DNA of 64,000 nucleotides from Victivallales bacterium (GCA_021733985.1 JAIPJT010000009.1:4323-68322), one strand, 5' to 3'; positions 9,463 to 20,078 are shown, counted from the first letter of the stretch. Numbers and translations are program-made. Notes: generated by a model from the letters alone, not told the origin.

Positions 9463-10632
9463 ATGCAAATTTTTAAAAATTTACTATTCAGGTTTACTGC
9501 TTTTGCTTTCATTATTGTCATACTGTCTTTAATTTTTGTTTCTGCGAAGCTGTACCTGTTACTATCGGAAGCTTATAGTGGGATTATATCAAATACAGAA
9601 ATTTCACATATAACAAGCGATCTGACTATCTTAATCGGATTTACATATTTTACTTCAATGGCAATTTTTTTGATAGGGATCTTTTTTATATTAAAAAATA
9701 GGCTGGCTCCTCTAAATAAAATACTTAAAATGACAAAAAAAATTGCCTCGGGTGATCTTACAGCTAAACTGAAATATTCATCAAATGATGAATTCGGCGA
9801 TTTAACAAGATCGGTAAATCATATGAAAGACAGACTGCAGTATTCAATGGTAAAATTAAAAAACAGCCATGCAAGAGAGAAACAGGCTCGAGAAGAGGCA
9901 GAGAATGCGAATCAACTTAAAACAGAATTTCTGGAAAAAGTTTCCAAAGAGCTAAGATGTCCGTTAATGCCGATAGTCAACTATTCCAATGTAATTATAT
10001 CCAGAATTAATAACGGGGACTATAATTTTAATCTTGAGAAAAAAATTAGAATTATAAGAGAAAGCGCTGATAATATAATGAATATAACTTCAAATCTGGA
10101 TGAAGTATCACGTCTTGAAGCTGGGAAAATTGAATTAAATAAAACAGAATTTGATACTTCAGTTTTTATTGAAGAGCTGGTTAATCTTCACTATCACTCT
10201 GCTAATGAAAGGAAGCTTCTTGTGAAAACTGTCTACTCAAAGGACTTTCCTAAATATCTTTACACAGACAAAGAAATCCTTTTCCACATTCTTAGTAATA
10301 TTTTAACATATACTATCCATTACTCCCCTGCTTTATCAGAAATAACTATTTCAAGCGATAGTAATGATAATAATATATTTTTCATAATTGAAAACAATAT
10401 ACCCGGTGCCCATATTGAAATAATAAGCCAAATATTCCAAAACTCAAATGAGCGTATCGCAAATATGACACTCCACTTGAGCAATGCAAGATTATTCGGT
10501 ATTGTAAGTGCTATTTCAAATGCAGAATTTTTGAACGGAGCCTTAAACGCTGAAATTACTGAGGACAACAAGGCTGTATTCAGGCTGATATTTGATAAGT
10601 CATTAATTGCAGCAAGCCCGGAAAAAAAATAA
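9463..10632 (+). CDS. Membrane HAMP-domain histidine-kinase-like protein with degenerate catalytic motifs
   Basis: Two TM helices, HAMP (SNDEFGDLTRSVNHM), HisKA-like helix FLEKVSKELRCPL with His replaced by Lys, and a degenerate HATPase domain. Confidence 0.85.
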   Translation: MQIFKNLLFRFTAFAFIIVILSLIFVSAKLYLLLSEAYSGIISNTEISHITSDLTILIGFTYFTSMAIFLIGIFFILKNRLAPLNKILKMTKKIASGDLTAKLKYSSNDEFGDLTRSVNHMKDRLQYSMVKLKNSHAREKQAREEAENANQLKTEFLEKVSKELRCPLMPIVNYSNVIISRINNGDYNFNLEKKIRIIRESADNIMNITSNLDEVSRLEAGKIELNKTEFDTSVFIEELVNLHYHSANERKLLVKTVYSKDFPKYLYTDKEILFHILSNILTYTIHYSPALSEITISSDSNDNNIFFIIENNIPGAHIEIISQIFQNSNERIANMTLHLSNARLFGIVSAISNAEFLNGALNAEITEDNKAVFRLIFDKSLIAASPEKK

Positions 10633-10633
10633 C

Positions 10634-11221
10634 TTATTTTGCATTAAGCCGTTTTATGAATTCTGAACCGGTCAAACATTCTACTCCTAAATCCTTAATA
10701 TCGCGAATATTCGATTCTCCAATTTCGGAGGTTTGTGCTGAACAGCCGTCTATAATCATTGTAACAAAATAATTATATGAGAGGGCATCGAATATTGTGG
10801 CCCTGACACATGAAGGGTACTGAGTGCCGCATATTACAATATGCTCAATCCCCAGCCGCCGTAGAATTAAATCAAGTTCCGTCATAAAAAAAGCGCTGTA
10901 ACGGTTTTTTACAATTCGGTATTCGCCGGGAACGGGCTGGAGTTCTCCTACAATTTCACATCCGTAAGTTCCCGGAACCAACATCTTGCTTTTTTCAAGA
11001 AAGTTTTCTAATCGTGTGAGCTCTATATCACTTCCGTCCGCTCTATACTCTCTGACAGCATGAAAAACCGGCAAATTTGCTTTTCGGAAGCTGTTAAGTA
11101 CTTTCTGTATAACAGGAATGGTTGCTTTAGCCCCGGCGATTTTTGCAGAGGACCCAGGCAGTACAAAATCATTCTGCATATCAATTATTAATAAAGCGCA
11201 TTCCTGAGTTTGGTTCAACAT
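10634..11221 (-). CDS. Isochorismatase-family cysteine hydrolase
   Basis: ALLIIDMQNDF, KNRYSAF, GTQYPSCV (Asp-Lys-Cys triad). Confidence 0.92.
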   Translation of the reverse strand: MLNQTQECALLIIDMQNDFVLPGSSAKIAGAKATIPVIQKVLNSFRKANLPVFHAVREYRADGSDIELTRLENFLEKSKMLVPGTYGCEIVGELQPVPGEYRIVKNRYSAFFMTELDLILRRLGIEHIVICGTQYPSCVRATIFDALSYNYFVTMIIDGCSAQTSEIGESNIRDIKDLGVECLTGSEFIKRLNAK

Positions 11222-11545
11222 AATTTTAATTCTCCAATTACTTATTTATAGTTTATTAGGAACAATTTAGAATTCAGGTAAAAAAGTAGTGTGCATGAGA
11301 GCAGCAGAGCATACTTGCTCTGCTGGAGCCTACTGAATATTTTCATTATATTTTAAAAATCAATAATTTAAAGACCATATTTGTTTTCTTCTTTAATAAT
11401 ATTGAACAGCATAATTTTTATTAAAAGAGGTGCTGTAACTTTGTAATTTCCCGATTAACAATTAATTTATATCTTTTTAAGTGTTTAGACCTTTCTAAAA
11501 CAATATTAAAATTTTCAGTAAATATAACGGAGATGATTTTGAATA

Positions 11546-12127
11546 ATGTCTGGAATAAAATTTTTTAAAAACTTCATTAAGAATCCCGGAAAAGTTGGTG
11601 CAGTATGGCCTACTGGGCATTCGTTAGCTAATGAAATTATAGGGAATTTATATAATTCTTCAAATCTTAAAATTGCGGAAATCGGTCCGGGTACAGGGGC
11701 AGTAACAAAATATATTTATAGTAAGAATATACATAAAGAAAACAATTTTCTTGCAGTTGAAATTAACAATGAGTTTTATGATCACTTAAAGGAGCAGTTC
11801 CCCAGATTGAAAATTTACAATGACTGTGCAACTAACCTGCCTAAAATTTTAAAAGAAGATGAAAATATAGCCGAACTGGATGCGGTTATATCCGGCTTGC
11901 CATGGGCTTCATTTCCTGAAGAACTGCAGGTATCACTCCTCGATGCAATAATTGAATGTTTGAAGCCAAAAGGAACTTTTAATACTTTTGCTTATCTGCA
12001 GGGATTGGTGCTTCCTGCAGGGAAAAAATTCAGAAAACTACTTGATAATTATTTCGCTGAAATTAAAACCTCTAGGATTGTATGGAATAATGTACCACCG
12101 GCAATCGTTTATATGTGTAAAAAATGA
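11546..12127 (+). CDS. SAM-dependent methyltransferase (PmtA/OlsG-like lipid N-methyltransferase)
   Basis: VGAVWPT, EIGPGTG, ISGLPW, F-x-TFAY, NVPPA motifs. Confidence 0.8.
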   Translation: MSGIKFFKNFIKNPGKVGAVWPTGHSLANEIIGNLYNSSNLKIAEIGPGTGAVTKYIYSKNIHKENNFLAVEINNEFYDHLKEQFPRLKIYNDCATNLPKILKEDENIAELDAVISGLPWASFPEELQVSLLDAIIECLKPKGTFNTFAYLQGLVLPAGKKFRKLLDNYFAEIKTSRIVWNNVPPAIVYMCKK

Positions 12128-12228
12128 TTAAATGCTTCGGTAGAAGATGATTTATTTCCTATGGTTCAGTAGTGGATCAGAGTGTATAGGTTTTGTGCAG
12201 AAACTGAAAAAATAAGGAGGTTGATAAC

Positions 12229-12768
12229 ATGGGCAGTATTATTATTGTTTTTGCCGAAGGTTTCGAAGAAATTGAGGCAGTTACACCTGTCGATTTTCTG
12301 AGACGTGCAGGTTTTAATGTTTTAACAGCGGGGCTGAATTCAAAGACAGTTATCGGTTCGCATAATATCCCTATTTCTACCGACATTTTACTGTCTGATA
12401 TAGAGGAAACACCTACAGCTCTAATACTTCCGGGCGGTATGCCGGGGTCTTTAAATTTAAAAAAGAGCTTTAGCCTTAAAAAAATTATACTTAAAACCTA
12501 TAATTCAGGGAATCTGGTTGCCTCAATATGCGCAGCTGCCGTCGCCTTGAATTCGGCCGGAATATTAAAAAACAAAACTGTTACTGCTTATCCCTCTGTC
12601 AAGGATGAGCTTTCCGAAAGTTTATACAGCGGTAAGAAAGTAGAAATAGACGGGAACATTATAACAGCTAAAGCACCGGGCGCTTCTTTTGAATTTGCAA
12701 AATGTATTGCTGAATATTTAGGAAAAAAAAACAAAGCTGAAGAACTTGCAAAAGATATGTTTTTCTAA
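12229..12768 (+). CDS. DJ-1/PfpI (ThiJ/YajL) family protein
   Basis: GFEEIEA, LPGGMPG, ICAA nucleophile, ITAKAPG. Confidence 0.93.
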   Translation: MGSIIIVFAEGFEEIEAVTPVDFLRRAGFNVLTAGLNSKTVIGSHNIPISTDILLSDIEETPTALILPGGMPGSLNLKKSFSLKKIILKTYNSGNLVASICAAAVALNSAGILKNKTVTAYPSVKDELSESLYSGKKVEIDGNIITAKAPGASFEFAKCIAEYLGKKNKAEELAKDMFF

Positions 12769-12855
12769 AATTTTAAAGCAGATATTACCTGCCTGTTATC
12801 CTTAAATTTAAAAAAGGGGGTAGCAGCCGGGGGGCATAGGGAGAAGCATGTAACC

Positions 12856-13281
12856 TCAATCGCGTTTCAGCCAGAGCTGTTGTATATTTCTGTTATCAAA
12901 TCTCTGATAAACTATATTTGAAATGATATTTTTAACTAAATGCAAGCCAAGACCGCCTACTTTTATATTTTCGAGAGGCAGTTCAGTTTCCGGAGCAGGG
13001 GCATATAGGGGGTTAAACTCGTCGCCTGTATCTTCGATTCTGATATAAATTTGCCCTTCACATTTTTTTAGCGAAAGATAAATTAAAATATCGTGAACTT
13101 CTGCTTTGCCCTTAAAACCGTATTTGATTATATTAGTTACCAGTTCTTCTAAAATTAGATTAACTTTAAATATGGTGTTGTCAATCACATCATATGCCTC
13201 AAGAAAACCTTTGACGGTAAAGTTCATTTCTTCAAGGTCTTCGACATTATTCTTAATAGAAAATTTTAATTCTTCTTTCAT
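12856..13281 (-). CDS. Anti-sigma factor / RsbW-like ATP-binding protein (HATPase_c_2)
   Basis: LEELVTNIIKYG, IEDTGDEFNP, GGLGLHLVK. Start moved to MKEELK at 13281. Confidence 0.88.
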   Translation of the reverse strand: MKEELKFSIKNNVEDLEEMNFTVKGFLEAYDVIDNTIFKVNLILEELVTNIIKYGFKGKAEVHDILIYLSLKKCEGQIYIRIEDTGDEFNPLYAPAPETELPLENIKVGGLGLHLVKNIISNIVYQRFDNRNIQQLWLKRD

Positions 13282-13438
13282 TACTGAGCCAAACATATTA
13301 AATATATAAATATATATAAAAAAACCACTTTTGTTCAATACCCTTATACAGCAATACTGCATTTAATTATCATATTAATAAAAATATCAATTTTTTTTTA
13401 TTAATTCAACGCTAATATTTTTATTATTAATAATTTTT

Positions 13439-14221
13439 TTACTTAAGTTTTGGTGTTATACTTGTGATAATCGTTGTTATTTTTTTCACCTCAGCTTCAT
13501 AAACGTTGTTGTTTAGTGTTTTGGGAGTGATTATGATATCTCCTCTGAATGATGCTTTTAAAAGCGGTTCAAGCCAGAATAAAAGAAGTTTTTCCGTTAA
13601 ATAGTTCCCAGTATCAGGTTCATATAATATTCTGATATTTTTAATATCAAAAATAAATTTTTCATATATATTTGTAGGTTTTACTGTTTTTTTCAGGTCG
13701 TGCGGAGATATGTTCAGTGACAGCTTAAATAAGTGAAACATTGAATCCTGTATTATTCTGAAATAATATCCTGCGTACTTTTCAAGACTGAAATCTGCAT
13801 TAATATTAACTGGTATACTTATTGTGCAGTTCTTTTTATATAAAGAATAAGCAAATTTTTTTAAAAAAATTTGCCGTTGCGTTTCCTCTTTTTTATTATT
13901 ACTCTGTGGGCAAAAACCAAAATCTATCAAAAAATTTTCTGGAGAATTAACTTTATCAAATGTTATAATTTTATTAATAAGCTCAAACAGACTGTTCCGT
14001 ACTTTTTCCTCCTGGAAAGCGGCATTTCTAAGAATTGAAGGTTCAGTTAAATCAATAACATTTACTATTTTCTGTGAAGTCTTTTTTAAATATCTTTGCA
14101 GAACGGTAGTCGCCAGATATTCCCCCGGAATTTCAATTCCATGGAAATATTCGGGGTATAAAATATCAAGATATGCCTGCCAATCTTTTAACCCATGTGG
14201 TATACTTATTGAAAAATTCAT
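13439..14221 (-). CDS. Hypothetical protein (possibly a degenerate TIM-barrel)
   Basis: 260-aa ORF in tandem with its neighbours; no intact catalytic motif recognised. Confidence 0.7.
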   Translation of the reverse strand: MNFSISIPHGLKDWQAYLDILYPEYFHGIEIPGEYLATTVLQRYLKKTSQKIVNVIDLTEPSILRNAAFQEEKVRNSLFELINKIITFDKVNSPENFLIDFGFCPQSNNKKEETQRQIFLKKFAYSLYKKNCTISIPVNINADFSLEKYAGYYFRIIQDSMFHLFKLSLNISPHDLKKTVKPTNIYEKFIFDIKNIRILYEPDTGNYLTEKLLLFWLEPLLKASFRGDIIITPKTLNNNVYEAEVKKITTIITSITPKLK

Positions 14222-14460
14222 ATTCTTTTAGCTAACTTCACTGGTATTTTTCAGCTCAGACCAGTCTGAAACCTTGCCAGGATTATTATCGCAAAAATTA
14301 TTATAATTTCTCCAGCTGTTTGTGCCGGGATCAAGTAGTTTTATTAATATAGTAATCTAACTAATACATACAGCCGAAACCGGCATGCTCATTTCAGCGA
14401 AAGTTACAATGCAGCTGCGGAGGAAACTCCAAGTTAACGTTTATTATTCAATTTAACCCG

Positions 14461-15219
14461 CTATTTAAAAAGGTCTTTAGGAATCCCTTTTTTTCTGTAA
14501 CCGAATTTTACATTTTCAAAATCAATTTTGGTTTTCCATCCTGGACCGGTTACTATAATTTTATCAGGACCACCAAGTTCGCCGTCTCTTGTGAAAGACT
14601 CTATTACCATTGTACGGTAAGGTTTTTCATCTTCTGCTTTGAACCATTCTACCTTCAGGGGATATCTGTATTCAATACTGGCAAATATTTTCACATATTC
14701 AGTTTTTTCTGAATTCGCTAATGTAAGAACTCTGCATTTCAGCCCTTTAACCGAAACTGTTCTGTTTTGTTTCAAATCCAAAAGTTTCCAGTACAGAAAA
14801 GTCATAGTAAAGTCATCAGGACTTATGCCGTAGTCTCCTATTACAGAGTTCTCCTGAAAATCTTCAGTTAATACAGTAGAAGGACTGCCGTCATACGGTT
14901 GTCCTACTTTATATTTTTCGCTTTCTGTGCCGTCTGGTCCGGTGTAGGTAAGTTTAATCATTGCTACAGCCTGAATTTTTGTAAAAAGTATTCCGACTTT
15001 AATTTTAGATTTCAGTATTTTATATTCTCTATCCTTAATCCTTCTTTTCTGTATAATATCTCCTTTCATGTCGGCCCATGTATTGAGGGGTCTCGATGCT
15101 CTTAAATTTTTAAGAAAAAGAGGAGCAGGCTTGATTGCTTTCTGTTTATAATTTCTCGCTGTGCAGACTACTGAAATAAATAAAAACAAAACAAATAAAG
15201 TAATATGGCTCTTTTTCAT
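14461..15219 (-). CDS. Exported protein, outer-membrane lipoprotein-sorting (LolA-like) family
   Basis: Signal peptide; beta-rich region with GLKCRVLTL...VKIFAS...PLKVEWF resembling LolA-like proteins; divergent from lptD. Confidence 0.6.
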   Translation of the reverse strand: MKKSHITLFVLFLFISVVCTARNYKQKAIKPAPLFLKNLRASRPLNTWADMKGDIIQKRRIKDREYKILKSKIKVGILFTKIQAVAMIKLTYTGPDGTESEKYKVGQPYDGSPSTVLTEDFQENSVIGDYGISPDDFTMTFLYWKLLDLKQNRTVSVKGLKCRVLTLANSEKTEYVKIFASIEYRYPLKVEWFKAEDEKPYRTMVIESFTRDGELGGPDKIIVTGPGWKTKIDFENVKFGYRKKGIPKDLFK

Positions 15220-15691
15220 CAGTTAATAATCCTTTAAGTAATAGGGTTTATATTATTTTTTAGAAGTTGTAGAAAAGAGTTTGTTGCTATAGAACAAACA
15301 TGATAGTCTGATTTTTTTGTTTAAAACTTTATTAAAATAATTATGTAATTAAATTTTTGTAAAATACAACTGCTGAGGTTAAATTTATCTAAATGTTTTG
15401 GGAAAATCAAATTTTTTTATGATATAAAATATTATATAAAACTGTTGTTTCCATTTTAAACAGTTTTTTAACTGCTATTTAAATAAGCTATAAACATTAT
15501 AACTAAATTTTTGCTAAATTGGCTTTAGTATACAGTGGAAAATTTGTATATTATTTATTACAATTAAGAAAACTGTTATTTAACTAATTTTAAGTTCCTA
15601 CAGATTTTTAAAGAAATTTTAAAAATTTCGTTTTCAGTTCCGATACAATAATTCCATTTTTGCAGCAAAAAAATACTTTAACAGGATAGCC

Positions 15692-18505
15692 TTGAAAAAC
15701 AAAATTAAAATTATAAAAAAGATATTTGCTTTATTCTTATTTATATCTCTGCAGTTTTCTATTACATTATCTGCCATGCAGGAATTCAGTGATATGATGA
15801 GGCCTGCTCACGAAGGAGGTATAATGCCTGAAACAGGATATCATAATGTTACCCCTTCATTACCTACTCCTGAAAGCCTGAATCCTTTTGATTCCATTGA
15901 AGCGACTACCGGAGCCGACATAAAAGCAGACTCTTTTGAAATTATCGGTGATAATATTATAGCAAAAGGCAATATAAGAGTTAGAAAAGGCGATGCTCTT
16001 CTTTATTCTGACATGGTTGTTATAAACGGAACGACTAAAAATGTCGAACTTTCAGGGAATGTTGAATTTTATAACATAAACCATGCAAGACTGGAAGTTG
16101 AATACTGGGAACTGAGAACCCTTGAACGCGACCCGGATGTTAAACTCAAAATTGTCGGAACAGTCATGACAACTTCAGGCAGACAGAAAATAGTTGTAGA
16201 CATTATGCGTAAAACAATGGCCTGGCATGGGGAAAAGACAATAGGCAATTTAGATTCCGGTATTTTTGAGTTTAGTGATTTCTCGGCTGATTTTGACGGA
16301 TATACTGCTATAGCGGAAGGGGCAAAAAGGTACCCTGATGGAAAACTTGTAATTAAAGACGCAGAAACATCGCCATGCCAGGGGTTTACTGTCGGACATA
16401 GCATCTTCAGTATAAAATCATCAAAACTTGTCTCTTATCCATCTAACATTGAAGACAGTCGAACAAGAATTGTTCAAAATGAATATTCTCCTCATGCTCA
16501 TTTTACTAAAAAACCAACCAGCGGAAAATCAGCAGGAACTAAAGGGTATAATTTCTGGGGATATAACAATATTTTATATATTGGAGATATTCCCGTATTC
16601 TGGCTTCCTATAATTTATAAGCCGTCTATGGAAAATGTAGGAAACTGGACTTTTACATACGGTTCAGACACTGCCTGGGGATACTTTGTGAATACTACAA
16701 ACCATTGGAAAATAGTTGATGAAAATGATGTTCAGCTTTCAGTAAATAATATGGTTGATTATTATACACTGCGCGGTTTGGGATTAGGAAACCAGACTAT
16801 GCTCAATACTGAGGATACGATGTCCCAGCTTTTTGTGTACGGTATATCTGATGGAAACCCAAATATCAACAGGCCCGACTGGAGCCGTTTCGGGCAAATG
16901 CCGGATAGGACTGTAAGGTATGATATTACCTTGAAAAATATGTCACATTTAGGAAATAATTTTGATTTCAGAGGACAGTTTGCAAAGCTGAGTGATATTT
17001 ATTTTTTGTATGATTATTTCGATAATATTGCTTTAATCAATCCTCAGCCTGCAACTTTCGGTAATCTTGAATATAATAATCAATATATTAATCTTGGACT
17101 TACCCTTAGACCCAAGGTAAATAAATTTTTCAGTGTTATCGAAACACTTCCGGAACTGGATCTGCATATTCCCAGGCAGGAAATATGGAAAGGTATCCAT
17201 TATCAGGGGCAGACTAGTGTAGGATATAAGAAGATGAATTGGAGGAATTTCCAAGTTTCCAGAGCCGAAGCTGGATTAGGTAATGGAGTTGACCCGTCAG
17301 ATTATGAAGCGGGGCGGTTTGATACTCTGCATTTTGCTTATTATCCGCTGCAATACAAAGGGTTTAATTTTATTCCGAGATTAGGCGGTAGATTTACTGC
17401 TTATTCAAAAACCAGTGATACCGGTATAAGCCAGCAAGACCTGTTCAACATGTTTAAAGCTCAGGAACCGGAAGGGCGGTACAATGTGGATGTAGAAAAC
17501 TACGACTCTGACGGCGGCGCAAAAGGCAGATTTATAGGTGAAATCGGCGCAGAGCTTAATACTAAATTGACTAAACAGTGGAATGATGTAAAGAATTCCT
17601 ACTGGGAGTTAGACGGTATAAGACATGTTGCAAAACCTTATATCAACTACACGTATATACCTAAACCTTCGGTCTCCAGAGATCATCTATATTATTTTGA
17701 TGATATCGATAGAATAGGCAAACAGAATTTTGCACGTTTCGGATTTGATAACAGGTTTCAGACCAGAAGAGGCAGCTGGGGCGATTCCAGCCTGTTTACC
17801 TGGGCATCAATGGAAACTTATTTGGATCTGGTTGCTTCTAAAAGTGACGAATATTATTCACAGGGTGGGGATGATGAAAATAGCTCACAAAGCCCAAGTG
17901 AATACGGGGGGTTAAAACAGCTGGGTGATATTGGACATAATATGACTTTTAAAGCTTCAGACGCACTAAACTTTAATGTGCAGTTTCTGCTGGATGGACA
18001 AAGGCTATCAACAGGTGATGTTTTAAGGAGTATAAACAAGCTTTCAGCTTCCGGAGAGTATCAGTTAGCTCAAGGATGGAGTGTTAATGCCGGGTGGTAT
18101 ACTGGAAAAGAAGGATACTCCCAGGGGCCCTATTCTATGGGCAGTTCTTTTAAAAGGCTTCAGGCAGGCTCTGTTTTTGAAAGAATTTTTACTGCCTCTA
18201 ATTCTGTATACGGAGGTTTTAATTATAAAATTAATGAGAGGACGCTGGGGACTTTTTCCTGGGATTATGATTTTGAACAGAATTTAATGCCGGGATTTAC
18301 GCTGTCTTTTGTAAGGCAGCTTCCATGCGGTTTAGAGCTCCTTATTGATATGACTTTAAGGGACCAGCCAGAAACAAGCGGAGAAGGTAAGCATACTGAA
18401 ACAAGATGGAGTGTGAGCTTAGGTTTTTCATCTTCACCGAATAATGTTATTCAGCCGAGGGAAAGCCTTCTGCCGCAGTCTATTACGCGCCTTTCTAATT
18501 CATAA
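15692..18505 (+). CDS. lptD: LPS-assembly outer-membrane protein LptD/OstA
   Basis: Signal peptide, OstA-like N-domain (IIAKGNIRV, VELSGNVEF), IGDIPVFWLP, large beta-barrel (RHVAKPYINYTYIP, FDDIDRI, FGFDNRFQT); 937 aa. Confidence 0.85.
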   Translation: MKNKIKIIKKIFALFLFISLQFSITLSAMQEFSDMMRPAHEGGIMPETGYHNVTPSLPTPESLNPFDSIEATTGADIKADSFEIIGDNIIAKGNIRVRKGDALLYSDMVVINGTTKNVELSGNVEFYNINHARLEVEYWELRTLERDPDVKLKIVGTVMTTSGRQKIVVDIMRKTMAWHGEKTIGNLDSGIFEFSDFSADFDGYTAIAEGAKRYPDGKLVIKDAETSPCQGFTVGHSIFSIKSSKLVSYPSNIEDSRTRIVQNEYSPHAHFTKKPTSGKSAGTKGYNFWGYNNILYIGDIPVFWLPIIYKPSMENVGNWTFTYGSDTAWGYFVNTTNHWKIVDENDVQLSVNNMVDYYTLRGLGLGNQTMLNTEDTMSQLFVYGISDGNPNINRPDWSRFGQMPDRTVRYDITLKNMSHLGNNFDFRGQFAKLSDIYFLYDYFDNIALINPQPATFGNLEYNNQYINLGLTLRPKVNKFFSVIETLPELDLHIPRQEIWKGIHYQGQTSVGYKKMNWRNFQVSRAEAGLGNGVDPSDYEAGRFDTLHFAYYPLQYKGFNFIPRLGGRFTAYSKTSDTGISQQDLFNMFKAQEPEGRYNVDVENYDSDGGAKGRFIGEIGAELNTKLTKQWNDVKNSYWELDGIRHVAKPYINYTYIPKPSVSRDHLYYFDDIDRIGKQNFARFGFDNRFQTRRGSWGDSSLFTWASMETYLDLVASKSDEYYSQGGDDENSSQSPSEYGGLKQLGDIGHNMTFKASDALNFNVQFLLDGQRLSTGDVLRSINKLSASGEYQLAQGWSVNAGWYTGKEGYSQGPYSMGSSFKRLQAGSVFERIFTASNSVYGGFNYKINERTLGTFSWDYDFEQNLMPGFTLSFVRQLPCGLELLIDMTLRDQPETSGEGKHTETRWSVSLGFSSSPNNVIQPRESLLPQSITRLSNS

Positions 18506-18524
18506 ATTAAATAATATAGGAATA

Positions 18525-19304
18525 ATGATGAGTATACAGTTGCCATTTCATGGGAATAAAAAACTAAAAAAAGTTTTAACGAAAATCAACAGAGATTTAG
18601 AATTGCAGCAGCTATGGAAATGTGCAAATATAAATGCTGTTGACAGGTGCGGTATCAGTGATCATGGAGAAGTACATATTAAAATTACATCAAATGCCGC
18701 ATTAAAAATGTTAAGACTTTTATGTAAAAGCGGAATCGAACCGAATATAGTCAGCAATTATAAAATGCAAGATACAGATGCAGAAGTTGTTGTAGTATTA
18801 GCTGCCCTTCTTCATGACATCGGTATTTCAATTCATAGAAATGAACATGAAAAACATAGTTTGATCATTGCATATCCTAAGATAAAAAAAATACTGGAAG
18901 ATATATATTCTGAAGAGGAAACCGTTATAATAACTTCCGAAGTGATGCATGCTATAATAGCCCATAATGCAGCTGAAAAGTGCTTAACAGTGGAAGCCGG
19001 AGTTTTAAAAGTCGCAGATGCTGTCGATATGTCTCAGGGTCGTTCAAGAATCCCTTTTGAAGTTGGGAAAGTAAATATTCATTCCGTTTCTGCACAGGCT
19101 GTAGAAAGTGTACATATTGAAAAGGGAGGGAAAAGACCGGTTAAAATTTTAATCTCACTTTTGAATTCAGCAGGAATTTACCAGGTTGATGAACTTTTAA
19201 AGAAAAAACTTCAAAATTCAAGCATTAAAGATTATGTTGAAGTTATTGTTGAAACAAAGTTGAACTCTGAAGAAAAAAAGATAATTGAAGTTTATAATTT
19301 TTAA
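18525..19304 (+). CDS. HD-domain phosphohydrolase
   Basis: DHGEVH, LLHDIG, VADAVD, GRSRIPF motifs. Start moved to ATG 18525 after an AGGA RBS. Confidence 0.9.
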   Translation: MMSIQLPFHGNKKLKKVLTKINRDLELQQLWKCANINAVDRCGISDHGEVHIKITSNAALKMLRLLCKSGIEPNIVSNYKMQDTDAEVVVVLAALLHDIGISIHRNEHEKHSLIIAYPKIKKILEDIYSEEETVIITSEVMHAIIAHNAAEKCLTVEAGVLKVADAVDMSQGRSRIPFEVGKVNIHSVSAQAVESVHIEKGGKRPVKILISLLNSAGIYQVDELLKKKLQNSSIKDYVEVIVETKLNSEEKKIIEVYNF

Positions 19305-19423
19305 ATATGATAAATTGTTTTTTAAGGGGACTTGTTTTTTAACATGTTTTTTATAAAATATTTGAGTATAATCAGGATGATAATAAAAAAAATAAAGATA
19401 AGAAAACAAAGGAGTGATTTATA

Positions 19424-20041
19424 ATGTCACAGGAATGGCTGGCAATTACCATCGGAACAATTTTGGTGAATAACTTTGTTTTATCGAAGTTTCTTGGAAT
19501 TTGTCCTTTTTTGGGAGTCTCCAGAAAGCTCGGGCCTGCTTTGGGTATGTCCGGAGCTGTAATATTTGTTATGACTATTGCATCATTTTTTGCATCAATA
19601 ATTAATAACTTTATTCTTACAGCTGATATTTCATTTACAATTGGAAGTTACCATATTGCCGGAAATTTAATATTTATGAAAACGCTTGTTTTTATTGCGG
19701 TAATAGCATCTCTGGTTCAGGTGGTTGAACTGTCTCTCCAAAAATTAAGTCCGCCGTTATATGCTTCACTGGGAATTTACCTTCCTTTAATAACAACAAA
19801 CTGTGCTGTTATGGGGTGTGCTCTCGAAAATGCTAAAACCGGTAGAGGTATATTATATTCTACTGTATTCGGCTTTTGCACTGGTATTGGTTTTGCTATT
19901 GCCCTGATTTTATTTGCCAGTCTTCGGGAAAAGCTTGATCTGGCAAAAGTGCCTAAACCATTTGAAGGAATGGCAATAGCTCTAGTTACGGCCGGAATCC
20001 TTGCAATGGGATTCACAGGATTTTCTGCTCTTGTTAAATAA
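19424..20041 (+). CDS. rnfA: Rnf electron transport complex subunit A
   Basis: LVNNFVLSKFLGICPFLGVS and LGIYLPLITTNCAV. Confidence 0.95.
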   Translation: MSQEWLAITIGTILVNNFVLSKFLGICPFLGVSRKLGPALGMSGAVIFVMTIASFFASIINNFILTADISFTIGSYHIAGNLIFMKTLVFIAVIASLVQVVELSLQKLSPPLYASLGIYLPLITTNCAVMGCALENAKTGRGILYSTVFGFCTGIGFAIALILFASLREKLDLAKVPKPFEGMAIALVTAGILAMGFTGFSALVK

Positions 20042-20078
20042 TAAGAATTTAATATTAATATAGGAAGTTTATACGGTT

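Noticed and set aside
12805-12845. G-rich tract GGGGG-tagcagcc-GGGGGG-cata-GGG between convergent genes
   Set aside because: Only three clear G-runs and no complementary stem; not enough to call a G-quadruplex or terminator.
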